From positions 1 to 63,499 of the forward strand of contig CAYJDY010000001.1 in assembly GCA_964369045.1 (NCBI GenBank): DNA of 63,499 nucleotides, written 5' to 3'. The position numbers and the translations under genes are program-made. The stretch is from an uncultured Candidatus Saccharibacteria bacterium (GTDB lineage: Bacteria > Patescibacteriota > Saccharimonadia > Saccharimonadales > AWTP1-31). Each line of letters opens with the position of its first letter. Within the stretch, counting starts at the first letter, position 1. Below the pieces are notes generated by a model. It did not search any database, was not told where the DNA came from, and saw only the letters and a list, made by a program, of their open reading frames with translations. Positions 1 through 10,976 of the stretch are shown piece by piece.

Positions 1-990
1 CCTCTCGTTAACAGGCACAGACTACAGGCGATTATTTTGTTTTTTGTACTCATTGGCCTTATTACGATTTTCACTACACGCGCTGCAACGCCAGGCGCAT
101 CAATTGAAGCAGAGAGTGGAACACTGACCGGCGGATCGGCCACGAAAGTTTCGCAGAGTGGTGCATCGGGTACTGCCGTGAAGTTTGCAGCTGGAACAAC
201 GAGTGGAATCACGCAACCAAATATAACACCCTCAGCAGGGAAGACCTGGAGTCTCAATTTTTCGGAAGAATTCTCAGGAACAGCGGTCGACCTCAATAAG
301 TGGACTACCTGTTTCTCGTGGGCTTGGGACTATGCGAACTGCACCTACTCATTTAATAATGGCAAGGAAGACTATCGATCAAGCCAGGTTCGATATTCAA
401 ACGGTACGGCAAAATTGGTAGCAGAACCATCGGGTAGCAAGTATATTTCGGGTTTGCTTTCAACAACGAATAAACCTAACAGTCTCACTGGAGGAGTCCA
501 GGGACCAAGTCTCTATAAGTTTAAATACGGCTACGTCGAAGCCAGACTTAAATTACCACCGCAGAAGGGCTTCTTCTCGGCGTTCTGGCTCTTGCCGACA
601 TCTACTGCGGCCAGTGGGTACTCGTATCCTTACGAAGTAGATATATTAGAAAACTTAGGCGGTGGTGATACGCCCCTGTTTCAGACAATTCACTACGCGG
701 GGCGCGGGACGTCGTGGAGCCCATACCCATCAGGAAATTGTTCACCGAGCGTTGATCCATTTACCGGGTTCCACACGTACGGTGTTGACTGGCAAGCTAG
801 CTACCTTGACTTTTATATAGACGGTAAAAAGTGCGGACGCTTTACGAGCGAGGTATGGTCAGGTGATATGGAAATAATCTTGAATCTCATGGTCGATGTG
901 CAATGGCAGAGCGCATACCCATCTCTTTACGGTGCAACTGGAACAGGTACTCTGGAAGCCGATTACGTACGCGTCTGGCAACAACAGTAG
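1..990 (+). CDS. Secreted glycoside hydrolase family 16 (beta-glucanase/laminarinase-like); 5' end runs off the window
   Basis: Frame is open from nt 1, with no stop before the listed TTG at 37. Hydrophobic signal-anchor followed by RAATPGASIEAESGT module. GH16 catalytic signature ExDxxE seen as EVDILE. Paralog of 29173..30135. Confidence 0.8.
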   Translation, partial: PLVNRHRLQAIILFFVLIGLITIFTTRAATPGASIEAESGTLTGGSATKVSQSGASGTAVKFAAGTTSGITQPNITPSAGKTWSLNFSEEFSGTAVDLNKWTTCFSWAWDYANCTYSFNNGKEDYRSSQVRYSNGTAKLVAEPSGSKYISGLLSTTNKPNSLTGGVQGPSLYKFKYGYVEARLKLPPQKGFFSAFWLLPTSTAASGYSYPYEVDILENLGGGDTPLFQTIHYAGRGTSWSPYPSGNCSPSVDPFTGFHTYGVDWQASYLDFYIDGKKCGRFTSEVWSGDMEIILNLMVDVQWQSAYPSLYGATGTGTLEADYVRVWQQQ

Positions 991-1000
991 CCTCATATTT

Positions 1001-1021
1001 GTGAGAGGTCCGTCCTCTCAC
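1001..1021. repeat. Hairpin-forming palindromic element, copy 1 (GTGAGAGG-TCCGT-CCTCTCAC)
   Basis: 8-bp perfect stem with 5-nt loop, 11 nt after the GH16 stop. Its reverse complement recurs at 1067..1087 and 33154..33174. Confidence 0.8.
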
Positions 1022-1066
1022 TCAAAATACATATAGTTGCGCAACTTCCAAACACATGTTAGTCAA

Positions 1067-1087
1067 GTGAGAGGACGGACCTCTCAC
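1067..1087. repeat. Hairpin-forming palindromic element, copy 2 (GTGAGAGGACGGACCTCTCAC), inverted relative to copy 1
   Basis: Exact reverse complement of 1001..1021. Identical to 33154..33174. Confidence 0.8.
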
Positions 1088-1134
1088 AAGGGGACAGGGG
1101 TGAGATGAAATTTACAGGGGTCATGATATACTAG

Positions 1135-2358
<1,224 letters not shown>

Positions 2359-2368
2359 GTTTACTGGT

Positions 2369-2932
2369 CTATTTATTTTTTGGCTTGAAGCTATCAATAG
2401 TGCGGTGCTCGCGCATACGGGTAAATAGGATTCGATCGTACCAGTAGTCACTACCGTTCGGTTTGACTAGAATTGTAAACATGCCAGCTCGGTTGCCACC
2501 ATATACGTCGGCACGCAATTTGTCGCCAATCATCACACATTTCTTTGGATCAGCACGAAGCTCAGTAAGTATCCGGCTGTAAAAGGCTTGGTTCGGTTTA
2601 CGAATCAGTCGTAGTCCTCGCCAGAATGGCTGGAAGATATGCGCTTGCAGTGGAATACCATAACGATCTAGGTTGAGCATGTTATTGCTCGCTATGCTGA
2701 TCGATTGGAATTTATATTTTTTAAAATTGTCTATGAGGAACTTGTTCACTCTCGGTTCAAGCTGACGAGTCATTTTTTTGCGAAGCGTCAAATCAAGATC
2801 GACCAGAATATGACGGATACCGAGTTTGTGCAAAGCTTGAAAATCGATGTCCAATATATGTTCTGCCGTAAAATCAGGCACGAAAAGTGGGCGTAAATCT
2901 TTGGTGATACCGGCAGTAATGTCAGATTTCAT
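2369..2932 (-). CDS. HAD-superfamily phosphatase, YqeG-like (subfamily IIIA)
   Basis: HAD motif I as VDLDLTL. C-terminal MIGDKLRADVYGGNRAGMFTILV matches the YqeG-type motif. Confidence 0.7.
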   Translation of the reverse strand: MKSDITAGITKDLRPLFVPDFTAEHILDIDFQALHKLGIRHILVDLDLTLRKKMTRQLEPRVNKFLIDNFKKYKFQSISIASNNMLNLDRYGIPLQAHIFQPFWRGLRLIRKPNQAFYSRILTELRADPKKCVMIGDKLRADVYGGNRAGMFTILVKPNGSDYWYDRILFTRMREHRTIDSFKPKNK

Positions 2933-3024
2933 ACGGTCTTAGTATACTGGATTACTCTAGGGGTGGCTACCATAGTTGTGATTGTAATCACATGCACCAA
3001 TAATGCTCGTGCTACTATAGTTCT

Positions 3025-3636
3025 ATGTCAAAAATATTTCGCATGCCAAAAACGCTCGAACAGGCTATTGGATATATTCTTACGATAGGTGGTTCGATAG
3101 GTTTTCTAGCAGCCTTCACGCTGACTATCGAAAAAATCCAAATGCTCAAAGACCCAGCGTTTGTACCAAGCTGTAATTTGAGCCCGTTACTTAGTTGTGG
3201 CTCGGTAATGATCACTGATCAAGCGTCTGTATTCGGTTTTGCTAATTCACTGATTGGAATTACCGGATTTGCTGTGGTAGTAACGATTGGAATGGGCCTT
3301 CTGGCAGGTGCAAAGTATAAGCGCTGGTTCTGGCTTGGACTGCAAGCTGGAACAATATTCGGTATAGCCTTCGTGCACTGGTTGATGTACCAGAGCATTT
3401 TTGTCATTGGCAAATTGTGCCCATACTGCATGGTTGTTTGGAGCATTATGCTGCCGATTTTCTTCTATACTACCCTGTATAATCTTCGAGTTAGTAATAT
3501 CAAGACAGCTGGAAAGTTAAAACAATTCTCTGGGTTTGTTCAACGGCATCATGGCGACATTCTTATTCTGTGGTACCTGCTTATTATCGGAACGATACTC
3601 GTGCGTTTCTGGGACTACTGGCAGACACTTATTTAG
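3025..3636 (+). CDS. Vitamin K epoxide reductase (VKOR) family membrane protein
   Basis: Multi-TM protein. Loop cysteines in PSCNLSPLLSCGS and redox CxxC seen as CPYC in a TM helix. Confidence 0.75.
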   Translation: MSKIFRMPKTLEQAIGYILTIGGSIGFLAAFTLTIEKIQMLKDPAFVPSCNLSPLLSCGSVMITDQASVFGFANSLIGITGFAVVVTIGMGLLAGAKYKRWFWLGLQAGTIFGIAFVHWLMYQSIFVIGKLCPYCMVVWSIMLPIFFYTTLYNLRVSNIKTAGKLKQFSGFVQRHHGDILILWYLLIIGTILVRFWDYWQTLI

Positions 3637-3676
3637 TTTTGATGACGCCCTTGTTGTGATACAATTAAGTCCTAGT

Positions 3677-4309
3677 ATGGATAAAAATAATCTAGCTAGC
3701 CGAGAAGCCAAGACGATACCACCAACAGGTGGTATTTTTTTATGCCCGCAAGAACTTGTGCCTACATTTGTCGCCGATATCGTGGGCAACCTAGGGTTAA
3801 TAAAGGCGAATAGTACGGAAGCGCGTCAACGCCTCATGAGCGAGATGGACTTTTGGCACAGCGAAAAGCTACAGGGTAATCGAATGACATATGGCAAGGA
3901 ACTGGAACAATTTGTATACGATGAAAGTAAGGAGCCTGGCCAAAAAAAATTGCAACCACCATCTATACGCGAAGAAGTCATAGTCATGGAAGCCTTGCAC
4001 GAGCAGGCGAGTCGTTATCATGATGCCTGTGCTACCATACGCAAAACCGCTCATGGAATAGGCGCAGAAATAGGAACACAAATGAATGCTGGTGACGGAT
4101 TGGAACTTGGAGAGAATACTTACACTATGGCGGTTGGACCGTTTGGATATACATTCTTCTGCAAGGTATCAGATTATGAGGACCAGCTCACTATCTTTGA
4201 TTGGGCAGGTGAGGTCGATCCGCAGTACTTTAGACATGCAGAGCTCTATGATCAAATAAGTCTGATCAGAGATGTATTGTCGAGCGTAGCTACGCCAAAC
4301 GTGTCTTAA
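3677..4309 (+). CDS. Hypothetical protein
   Basis: The listed ORF 3536..4309 overlaps VKOR. The first ATG past the VKOR stop (3677, MDKNN...) is preferred. No motif recognised. Confidence 0.45.
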   Translation: MDKNNLASREAKTIPPTGGIFLCPQELVPTFVADIVGNLGLIKANSTEARQRLMSEMDFWHSEKLQGNRMTYGKELEQFVYDESKEPGQKKLQPPSIREEVIVMEALHEQASRYHDACATIRKTAHGIGAEIGTQMNAGDGLELGENTYTMAVGPFGYTFFCKVSDYEDQLTIFDWAGEVDPQYFRHAELYDQISLIRDVLSSVATPNVS

Positions 4310-4326
4310 CTGCTAGAATTATATTT

Positions 4327-5244
4327 ATGCTTAACCTAAATCTTGAGCCTGGTACGTACGTGCTAGCTATCTCTGGCGGTGTTGATTCGGTAAGTCTCCT
4401 GCATGCACTACAAGACTTTAAAATGCAAGGCAAAGCCTCTAAGGAATCAGGCAACTACCAATTTGTTGTGGCACATTATGATCATGGCATACGCGATGAC
4501 TCAGCCATGGATCGTAAACTAGTGGCGTCGCTGGCAAATAAATATCGAGTACCATTTGTGTACGAGAATGGACGTTTAGGGGCCGGAGTCAGCGAGGATG
4601 CTGCCCGGATTGCACGGTATGACTTTTTGCAAAAAGTGCAACGCGCCGTTAAGGCACAGTCAATTGTCACAGCGCACCATCAGGACGATATGATCGAAAC
4701 TGCCATCTTCAATATCTTACGAGGAACGGGCAGGAAGGGGGTCAGCGCCCTTGCCGATCGACCGCACTTGCGCAGGCCGCTACTGCACGTCAGCAAGTCA
4801 GATATTCGAGACTATGCACGAGATCAAGGTCTCGTTTGGCGAGAGGATAGTACCAACGCAAACACTGCCATCACCCGAAACTATATTAGGCATGTATTGC
4901 TACCAAAGATTGGTGAGCGTGGGCGGGCTTCTCTGCTCGATAGTATCAATCATATTAAAGTGCTAAACAAAGCAATCGATAATGATTTGCTGGTGTATCT
5001 TCATTCTCAGCCAGCTCGCCAAACGCTCGACAGGCATATGTTCATCCAATTACCACACAATGTGGCACTTGAAGTCATGGCCGCTTGGCTCAGGAGTCAC
5101 GGTGTTGCTACTTTCGATAGCAAGATGCTCGACAGACTCGTCATTCAGTGCAAGACACTTTTCCCTGGCAAACAAATCGATATAAATGCCGAGTATCGAA
5201 TACTAGTCGGACAAGAAGTGTTGGTACTAACCAGGCGAACGTAA
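4327..5244 (+). CDS. tilS: tRNA(Ile)-lysidine synthetase
   Basis: PP-loop SGGVDS near the N-terminus (LAISGGVDSVSLL). HYDHGIR and AHHQDD blocks typical of TilS. Confidence 0.88.
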   Translation: MLNLNLEPGTYVLAISGGVDSVSLLHALQDFKMQGKASKESGNYQFVVAHYDHGIRDDSAMDRKLVASLANKYRVPFVYENGRLGAGVSEDAARIARYDFLQKVQRAVKAQSIVTAHHQDDMIETAIFNILRGTGRKGVSALADRPHLRRPLLHVSKSDIRDYARDQGLVWREDSTNANTAITRNYIRHVLLPKIGERGRASLLDSINHIKVLNKAIDNDLLVYLHSQPARQTLDRHMFIQLPHNVALEVMAAWLRSHGVATFDSKMLDRLVIQCKTLFPGKQIDINAEYRILVGQEVLVLTRRT

Positions 5245-5290
5245 ATACTACACCTGTTTTATTGGTATAAAAGTACGAAAGTCCTATATA

Positions 5291-7165
5291 ATGAAAAAAC
5301 GTATGGACAAAAAATCTTTCAAATCGAGTCAGAAACCAGGTGGAGCAAAACGGTCAGGAATGAAGAACGCTGGTTTTATAGCCTTGCTAATCTTGTTCGG
5401 ACTCGTAATATTTACGGCAGTTGGCCAACAAGATCCCAAGCTAAAAAACGTACCTTTCTCGGAAGTTATCACCAGGGCAAACAGCGGCGAGATTAAGCAG
5501 ATCACCATTAAAGGCACCAGCCTGGAGGTGGTACCCAAGGGTGAAGACAAAGCTACCGAGAAGTCGAATAAAGAAGCTGGAAGTAGCATTTACGAACAGG
5601 GACTCAAGAACCGTGATGTGATTGTCGATGTCAAACCCGAATCTGGCGGTAGTAGTTTTTGGCTCAGCCTGGCCAGCGGTGTCATTCCAGTGATTCTTAT
5701 AAGTGCCGTATTATTCTTTATGCTTCGTAGTGCACAGGGTCAGGGCAATCAGGCTATGAGCTTTGGCAAGAGCAAGGCGCGTTTGTACGGTAACGAAAAA
5801 GACAAAGCAACCTTCAAAGATATTGCCGGTAGCGAAGAAGCCAAAATTGATCTGCAAGAAGTTGTTGAATTCCTAAAGTATCCAAAGAAGTTCGAATCAG
5901 TTGGCGCCAAAATTCCAAAAGGTGTTCTGCTCGTTGGCCCTCCCGGAACAGGTAAAACTATGTTGGCACGCGCAGTCGCTGGTGAAGCTAACGCACCATT
6001 CTTTAGTATCTCTGGTTCTGAATTCGTCGAAATGTTCGTTGGTGTCGGTGCCTCACGTGTTCGTGATTTATTTGCCAAGGCCAAGAAGAACGCGCCATGT
6101 ATTATCTTCATCGATGAAATTGATGCCGTTGGACGTAAGCGCGGTAGTGGTATGGGTGGTGGTCATGACGAGCGTGAACAAACGCTCAATCAGATTCTTG
6201 TCGAGATGGATGGTTTCGAACAGGGGACTAACGTTATTGTTCTTGCCGCAACCAACCGCTCCGATGTACTAGATTCTGCGTTGCAACGTCCAGGCCGATT
6301 TGACCGTCGCGTCAACATTGACCTGCCAGATCGCAAAGATCGCGAAGCGATTCTAAAAGTTCACTTTGCCAAAAAGCCACTCGCTAAGGGCGTGGATCTC
6401 GATGCTTTGGCAGCCAAGTCTGCCGGATCATCTGGCGCGGATCTCGCAAACATTGCTAATGAATCTGCCATTATTGCTGCTCGAAATAGTCGAAAAGAGA
6501 TTATTCAAGACGATGTCACTCAGGCGTTCGAAAAGGTCGCCATCGGTCCTGAGCGTAAGAGCAAGATCATGAGCGAGAAAGAAAAAGAAATAACTGCATA
6601 TCATGAAGCGGGGCACGCAATTGTCGGACACGTACTGCCAGAGAGTGACATGGTTCATAAGGTTACCATTATTCCACGTGGTGGAACGGGCGGTGTTACC
6701 TGGTTCATTCCACCAGAGGATAAGAGTTATCACTCTATTCTCGAATTCAAAGACATTCTGGCACGAATGCTTGGTGGTCGTATTGCCGAAGAAGTAATTT
6801 ACGGACGCGATCGTGTTACGACGGGTGCTGGAAATGACCTGCAAAAAGCAGCAGAGCTTGCTCGAGATATGGTGATCAATCAGGGAATGGGTACAAAGTT
6901 GCGTGACCAAGTTTTTCATGTTGACGAAGGAATGATGATGGAACGAATGGTTCACGAAAAACAATACAGCGACGAAACAGCCAAAGTTATTGATGATGAA
7001 GTAGAGAACCTGATTACCGAAGCCGCAAAGCGAGCCCGAGAGGTCATCAAAGCTAATCGTGATAAGTTGGAAGATCTCAAAGACCGGCTTATTAAAAAAG
7101 AAACTGTCGAAGCCGAAGAAGTCCTGGAAGTCCTTAAGGGCTCTAAACTCCCCGCAAACATTTAA
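5291..7165 (+). CDS. ftsH: ATP-dependent zinc metalloprotease FtsH
   Basis: Walker A GPPGTGKT, Walker B IIFIDEID, second region of homology, Zn motif HEAGHA, and N-terminal TM segments. Confidence 0.97.
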   Translation: MKKRMDKKSFKSSQKPGGAKRSGMKNAGFIALLILFGLVIFTAVGQQDPKLKNVPFSEVITRANSGEIKQITIKGTSLEVVPKGEDKATEKSNKEAGSSIYEQGLKNRDVIVDVKPESGGSSFWLSLASGVIPVILISAVLFFMLRSAQGQGNQAMSFGKSKARLYGNEKDKATFKDIAGSEEAKIDLQEVVEFLKYPKKFESVGAKIPKGVLLVGPPGTGKTMLARAVAGEANAPFFSISGSEFVEMFVGVGASRVRDLFAKAKKNAPCIIFIDEIDAVGRKRGSGMGGGHDEREQTLNQILVEMDGFEQGTNVIVLAATNRSDVLDSALQRPGRFDRRVNIDLPDRKDREAILKVHFAKKPLAKGVDLDALAAKSAGSSGADLANIANESAIIAARNSRKEIIQDDVTQAFEKVAIGPERKSKIMSEKEKEITAYHEAGHAIVGHVLPESDMVHKVTIIPRGGTGGVTWFIPPEDKSYHSILEFKDILARMLGGRIAEEVIYGRDRVTTGAGNDLQKAAELARDMVINQGMGTKLRDQVFHVDEGMMMERMVHEKQYSDETAKVIDDEVENLITEAAKRAREVIKANRDKLEDLKDRLIKKETVEAEEVLEVLKGSKLPANI

Positions 7166-7311
7166 CAAAAATTCTTGTTAGTAACTTACTGTCGTTTACC
7201 TCGTAAGAGCCACGATGTTTTGCCCATGATTGTCCACAGTTATAGTCAAAATAGATGCAATATTGCTATTGTACTGGATACCTATCGTAGGACTGCTTAT
7301 AATGAAGGTGA

Positions 7312-8913
7312 ATGAATCGAATACTCCGAAAAGCTAACAGGCGATTATCGCTTGGCAATACGGCGGCGTTGCTTGTCACAACTTCGCTCATTGGCCAAGT
7401 ACTTGGTTTTTTGCGCGTAAAGCTGATCAACGCCAACTTCTCCGCGCTCGGCCCAAATAGTACCGATGCTTTTTTTGCAGCGTCAAAAATCCCGGATTTC
7501 TTTTACTTTACTATCGCAGCCGGTGCTCTAGGCGTGGCGTTTATGCCAGTGCTCGCAGACCACCTTCAGAAGCATGACCGTAAGGGTGTCTGGGAGCTAT
7601 CAACCAGCTTACTTAACTTCTTGGCACTTATTATGTTTGTTGTAGGGCTTGGGATTTTTATCTTTGCTGAGCCGATCATACATGGACTCGTTGCTCCGAA
7701 TCTAGAACCAAAACAGCTCAGTAACGCCGTGATCATCATGCGTTTGATTGCGTTTAATCCGTTGCTTTTCACGATTTCTGGAATATTGATGAGCGTGCAG
7801 CAGACCTTTGGTCGGTTCTTTTATTTTGCTGTAGCTCCGCTAATCTACAACACATCAATTATTCTGAGCATCTTCCTATTCCGAGACAATATTGGTTTGA
7901 TTGGACTCGGAGTGGGCGCCTTGATTGGCGCTTTATTGCAACTTGGAATTGCCACAATAGGACTACGGGGTATTCAGTTTAAATACCATAGGTTGATTAA
8001 CTTTAAAGCTCCTGACTTTCAGAAGATTCTGCGACTGGTACCACCCCGTTCGATTGATCAAGGTATCACGTCGATCAACAGTATCGTGGCAACTAACTTT
8101 GCTCGGCGTCTTGGTACTGGTAACGTCAGTTTTTATGAAAACGCCTATACTCTTCATACGGCACCGACACTACTGATAGGTACATCTATTTCTACAGCCA
8201 TTTTCCCGAAACTAAACAACCTGGTGGCACGCGGTAATATGACAGCATTCAGACAAGAATTCCTAAAAGTGCTGAGGATTATTATCTGGGTTTCTGTACC
8301 GGTTGTAGTGGTATGTTTCTTTGGCCGTGGATACTTAGCACGTATGATCTTTAGCCGTAACGCACCAGAGATTGCTGCAATATTTGGCTTCTTAACAGCT
8401 GCAATATTTTTCCGAACGGTATACACTATCGTCTCACGTTACTTCTACGCACAGAAAGACACTTGGACGCCACTTATTGACACTCTCTTTGCATTCGTAC
8501 TATTTATATACTTAGTATCGGTCTTTTCGAAGCCAACAAGTTACGGAATCACAGGCATCGCCCTAGCTGAGTCTACGGTAGCCGGTCTGCAATTGTTGAT
8601 ACTCACTACCATCATGGTTATTCGTGATCATAAACTGATTGATAAAAAATTCCTTGGAGGTATTGGTAAGATAATATCGGTAACTGGATTTAGCGTCGTC
8701 GCTGCATATATCATGGTTAGCCTATTCCCACTCGGAAGCAACGACACAGGCTTCATCACACTAACCGCCAAGATGAGTCTAATTGCTGGCGTGACATTTG
8801 CAGTCTACCTCTTCTTCTCCTCACTGTTCAGCTTGGAGGAGGCCGTGCCTGTGTTTAGAAAAATGCGCTCTATTTGGCGCACTATATTGCGTCCCGTTAA
8901 GGTTGAGACCTAA
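7312..8913 (+). CDS. murJ: Lipid II flippase MurJ/MviN
   Basis: 533 aa with about 14 TM helices. N-terminus SLIGQVLGFLRVKLINANF is typical of MurJ. Confidence 0.8.
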   Translation: MNRILRKANRRLSLGNTAALLVTTSLIGQVLGFLRVKLINANFSALGPNSTDAFFAASKIPDFFYFTIAAGALGVAFMPVLADHLQKHDRKGVWELSTSLLNFLALIMFVVGLGIFIFAEPIIHGLVAPNLEPKQLSNAVIIMRLIAFNPLLFTISGILMSVQQTFGRFFYFAVAPLIYNTSIILSIFLFRDNIGLIGLGVGALIGALLQLGIATIGLRGIQFKYHRLINFKAPDFQKILRLVPPRSIDQGITSINSIVATNFARRLGTGNVSFYENAYTLHTAPTLLIGTSISTAIFPKLNNLVARGNMTAFRQEFLKVLRIIIWVSVPVVVVCFFGRGYLARMIFSRNAPEIAAIFGFLTAAIFFRTVYTIVSRYFYAQKDTWTPLIDTLFAFVLFIYLVSVFSKPTSYGITGIALAESTVAGLQLLILTTIMVIRDHKLIDKKFLGGIGKIISVTGFSVVAAYIMVSLFPLGSNDTGFITLTAKMSLIAGVTFAVYLFFSSLFSLEEAVPVFRKMRSIWRTILRPVKVET

Positions 8914-10697
8914 TCACGCTTCAGCATTACGGTAAATGCTTCGGCAGGGATATCGACTTTTCCAAAGCGCTTCATACGCTTTTTCCCTTTGGCTTGTTTT
9001 GCTAGCACTTTCTTTTTTCGTGAAACATCACCACCGTAAAGTCCAGTAGTCACATCTTTTCGATAGGCAGATATATCTTCGCGGGCAATGAACTTGCCAC
9101 CGATTCCAGCCTGCAGGGCAACCTGGAAGTTTTGCCTTGGTATAACTTCTTTGAGCTTGCCGACAATCTCACGCCCGAGTCGCTGAGATTCACTACGGTG
9201 AACCATGACGCTGAGCGCTTCTACTGGTTCACCAGCAACATAAAAATCGACCTTCACGAGGTCTTCCGCTCGGTAATCATCGAGTTCGTAATTGAAGCTA
9301 CCATAGCCACTCGTCACGCTCTTTAGTTGGTCATAAAAATCTGTTAAAAGGTTAGCGAGTGGGGCTTCGAATGATACGAGTGCGAGCTGAGCGTCTACGT
9401 AGCTGAGGTTCTTCTGGATACCCCGCTTGCCCGATATCAATTGGATCACGGCACCTACGTAGTCTTTTGGCACCACAACCTCGCCCTTAATCCAAGGTTC
9501 ACGTACCTCTACGATCTGAGAAGGATCGGGCAGGTCGCTGGCACTTTTGATAGTTACTTCATCGCCATTATTGAGTGTAAGCTGATAGTCGGTCGAGGGG
9601 TTGGTAATGACCAGGTCGAGGTCGTACTCTCTCTCCAGTCGCTCACGTACGATGTCCATGTGCAGTAGGCCCAAGAACCCGATTCGCACACCAAACCCAA
9701 GGACAGAAGAGTTTTCTGGCGTAAACTGCAGTGCTGAGTCGCTGAGAGAAAGTTTTTCGATGGCATCTTTTAGTAGTTGATAATTTTCATTGCTGTCGGG
9801 GAAGAAGCCTGCGTATACAAATGGTTTTACATCTTTATAGCCTGGTAGTGATTCTTTTGCTGGATCAGCAACCAATGTTACCGTATCGCCAACTTTCGCC
9901 TCACGAGTACTCCGGAGGTTGGTCACGATATAGCCGATCTCGCCAGTCTTCATCTGTGGGGCAGGAGAGAGAGTAGGGGATAGCGACCCAACTTCGAGTG
10001 CCAATCCATTAGCACTGGTCGCCATCATTCGGATTTCATCACCCTTCTTTATGGCGCCGTCTACAATACGAACGTAGAGAACAACCCCTCGGTAGTCATC
10101 ATAATAGCTGTCAAAGATTAGGGCACGAGCAGACTGAGCCTTGTCGTCTCCGCCAGTTGGTTCAGGGATGTCACGCACAATGCGGTCTAGTACTGCGTCA
10201 ACACCTTGCCCGGTCTTGGCGCTGATATGCAAGATGTCTTCTTTCTTGCAACCGAGCAATGCGATGACTTCAGCACTAACTTTATCGACATCTGCAGCAG
10301 GTAAGTCGATTTTGTTTAGAACTGGGATGATAGCTAAATCGGCCGCCATAGCTAGGTATACATTGGCGAGCGTTTGGGCCTGAATGCCCTGGCTTGCATC
10401 AACAACTAATATGGCGCCTTCACATGCCTCTAAGCTACGTGAAACTTCATAGCTGAAGTCAACATGTCCGGGCGTATCAATAAGGTTGAGCTCGTAGTCC
10501 TGATAGCGCATGCGTACAGGGGCTAGCTTGATAGTGATCCCTCGTTCACGTTCCAAATCCATCTTATCGAGTAATTGAGACTTCATGTCACGTTTTTGTA
10601 CGGTACCAGTGATTTCCAATAGTCGATCGGCCAGGGTACTTTTACCATGGTCAATGTGCGCAATAATACAGAAGTTTCGAATATGAGCCTGATTCAC
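8910..10697 (-). CDS. lepA: Elongation factor 4 (LepA)
   Basis: IRNFCIIAHIDHGKSTLADRLL G1 motif, DTPGHVDF, NKID, and the LepA C-terminal domain. GTG start preceded by GAGGA 9 nt upstream. Confidence 0.96.
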   Translation of the reverse strand: MNQAHIRNFCIIAHIDHGKSTLADRLLEITGTVQKRDMKSQLLDKMDLERERGITIKLAPVRMRYQDYELNLIDTPGHVDFSYEVSRSLEACEGAILVVDASQGIQAQTLANVYLAMAADLAIIPVLNKIDLPAADVDKVSAEVIALLGCKKEDILHISAKTGQGVDAVLDRIVRDIPEPTGGDDKAQSARALIFDSYYDDYRGVVLYVRIVDGAIKKGDEIRMMATSANGLALEVGSLSPTLSPAPQMKTGEIGYIVTNLRSTREAKVGDTVTLVADPAKESLPGYKDVKPFVYAGFFPDSNENYQLLKDAIEKLSLSDSALQFTPENSSVLGFGVRIGFLGLLHMDIVRERLEREYDLDLVITNPSTDYQLTLNNGDEVTIKSASDLPDPSQIVEVREPWIKGEVVVPKDYVGAVIQLISGKRGIQKNLSYVDAQLALVSFEAPLANLLTDFYDQLKSVTSGYGSFNYELDDYRAEDLVKVDFYVAGEPVEALSVMVHRSESQRLGREIVGKLKEVIPRQNFQVALQAGIGGKFIAREDISAYRKDVTTGLYGGDVSRKKKVLAKQAKGKKRMKRFGKVDIPAEAFTVMLKRD

Positions 10698-10840
10698 TAT
10701 TTGTCATCCTCGGGGAAGAGCAACCCGACAAAATGTATTCCATTTTGCCGGCGTGTTGAGAAACCCGGAACGGGTGTCTCAAAAGCGGAGCGCTCATTAT
10801 GCGCAATAATACAGAAGTTTCGAATATGAGCTTGGTTCAT
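10697..10840 (-). CDS. 47-codon upstream ORF whose first 14 codons duplicate the lepA N-terminus; its TAG overlaps the lepA GTG by 1 nt
   Basis: Hand translation: MNQAHIRNFCIIAHNERSAFETPVPGFSTRRQNGIHFVGLLFPEDDK*. ATG at 10840 lies 8 nt downstream of a TATAAT box. Below the 60-aa cutoff of the ORF track. Confidence 0.45.
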   Translation of the reverse strand: MNQAHIRNFCIIAHNERSAFETPVPGFSTRRQNGIHFVGLLFPEDDK

Positions 10841-10976
10841 TGAGCTCTATTATAACAGAGGTAAGGGCGAAAGTCGCCTCGGATGAGTAGGGTGCTCGTT
10901 AGGAGAGGGCCGCGGGGTTTTGATTTTAGCATAACTGTAATCCTTGATATTGTAATAGGAGCTATATTGTAAGGTC

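Noticed and set aside
2978-2991. Palindrome GTGATT-GT-AATCAC upstream of the VKOR gene
   Set aside because: It has only 6-bp arms, occurs once in the window and has no associated regulator. It cannot be distinguished from chance.
3536-3676. N-terminal extension of the listed 257-aa ORF, overlapping the VKOR 3' end by 100 nt
   Set aside because: The overlap is long and Cys/Leu-rich, as in an off-frame reading. An ATG at 3677 just after the VKOR stop gives a non-overlapping gene.
10647-10829. 60-aa plus-strand ORF across the lepA 5' region
   Set aside because: It lies opposite the lepA start and the duplicated leader. The minus-strand uORF has far better start and stop context.
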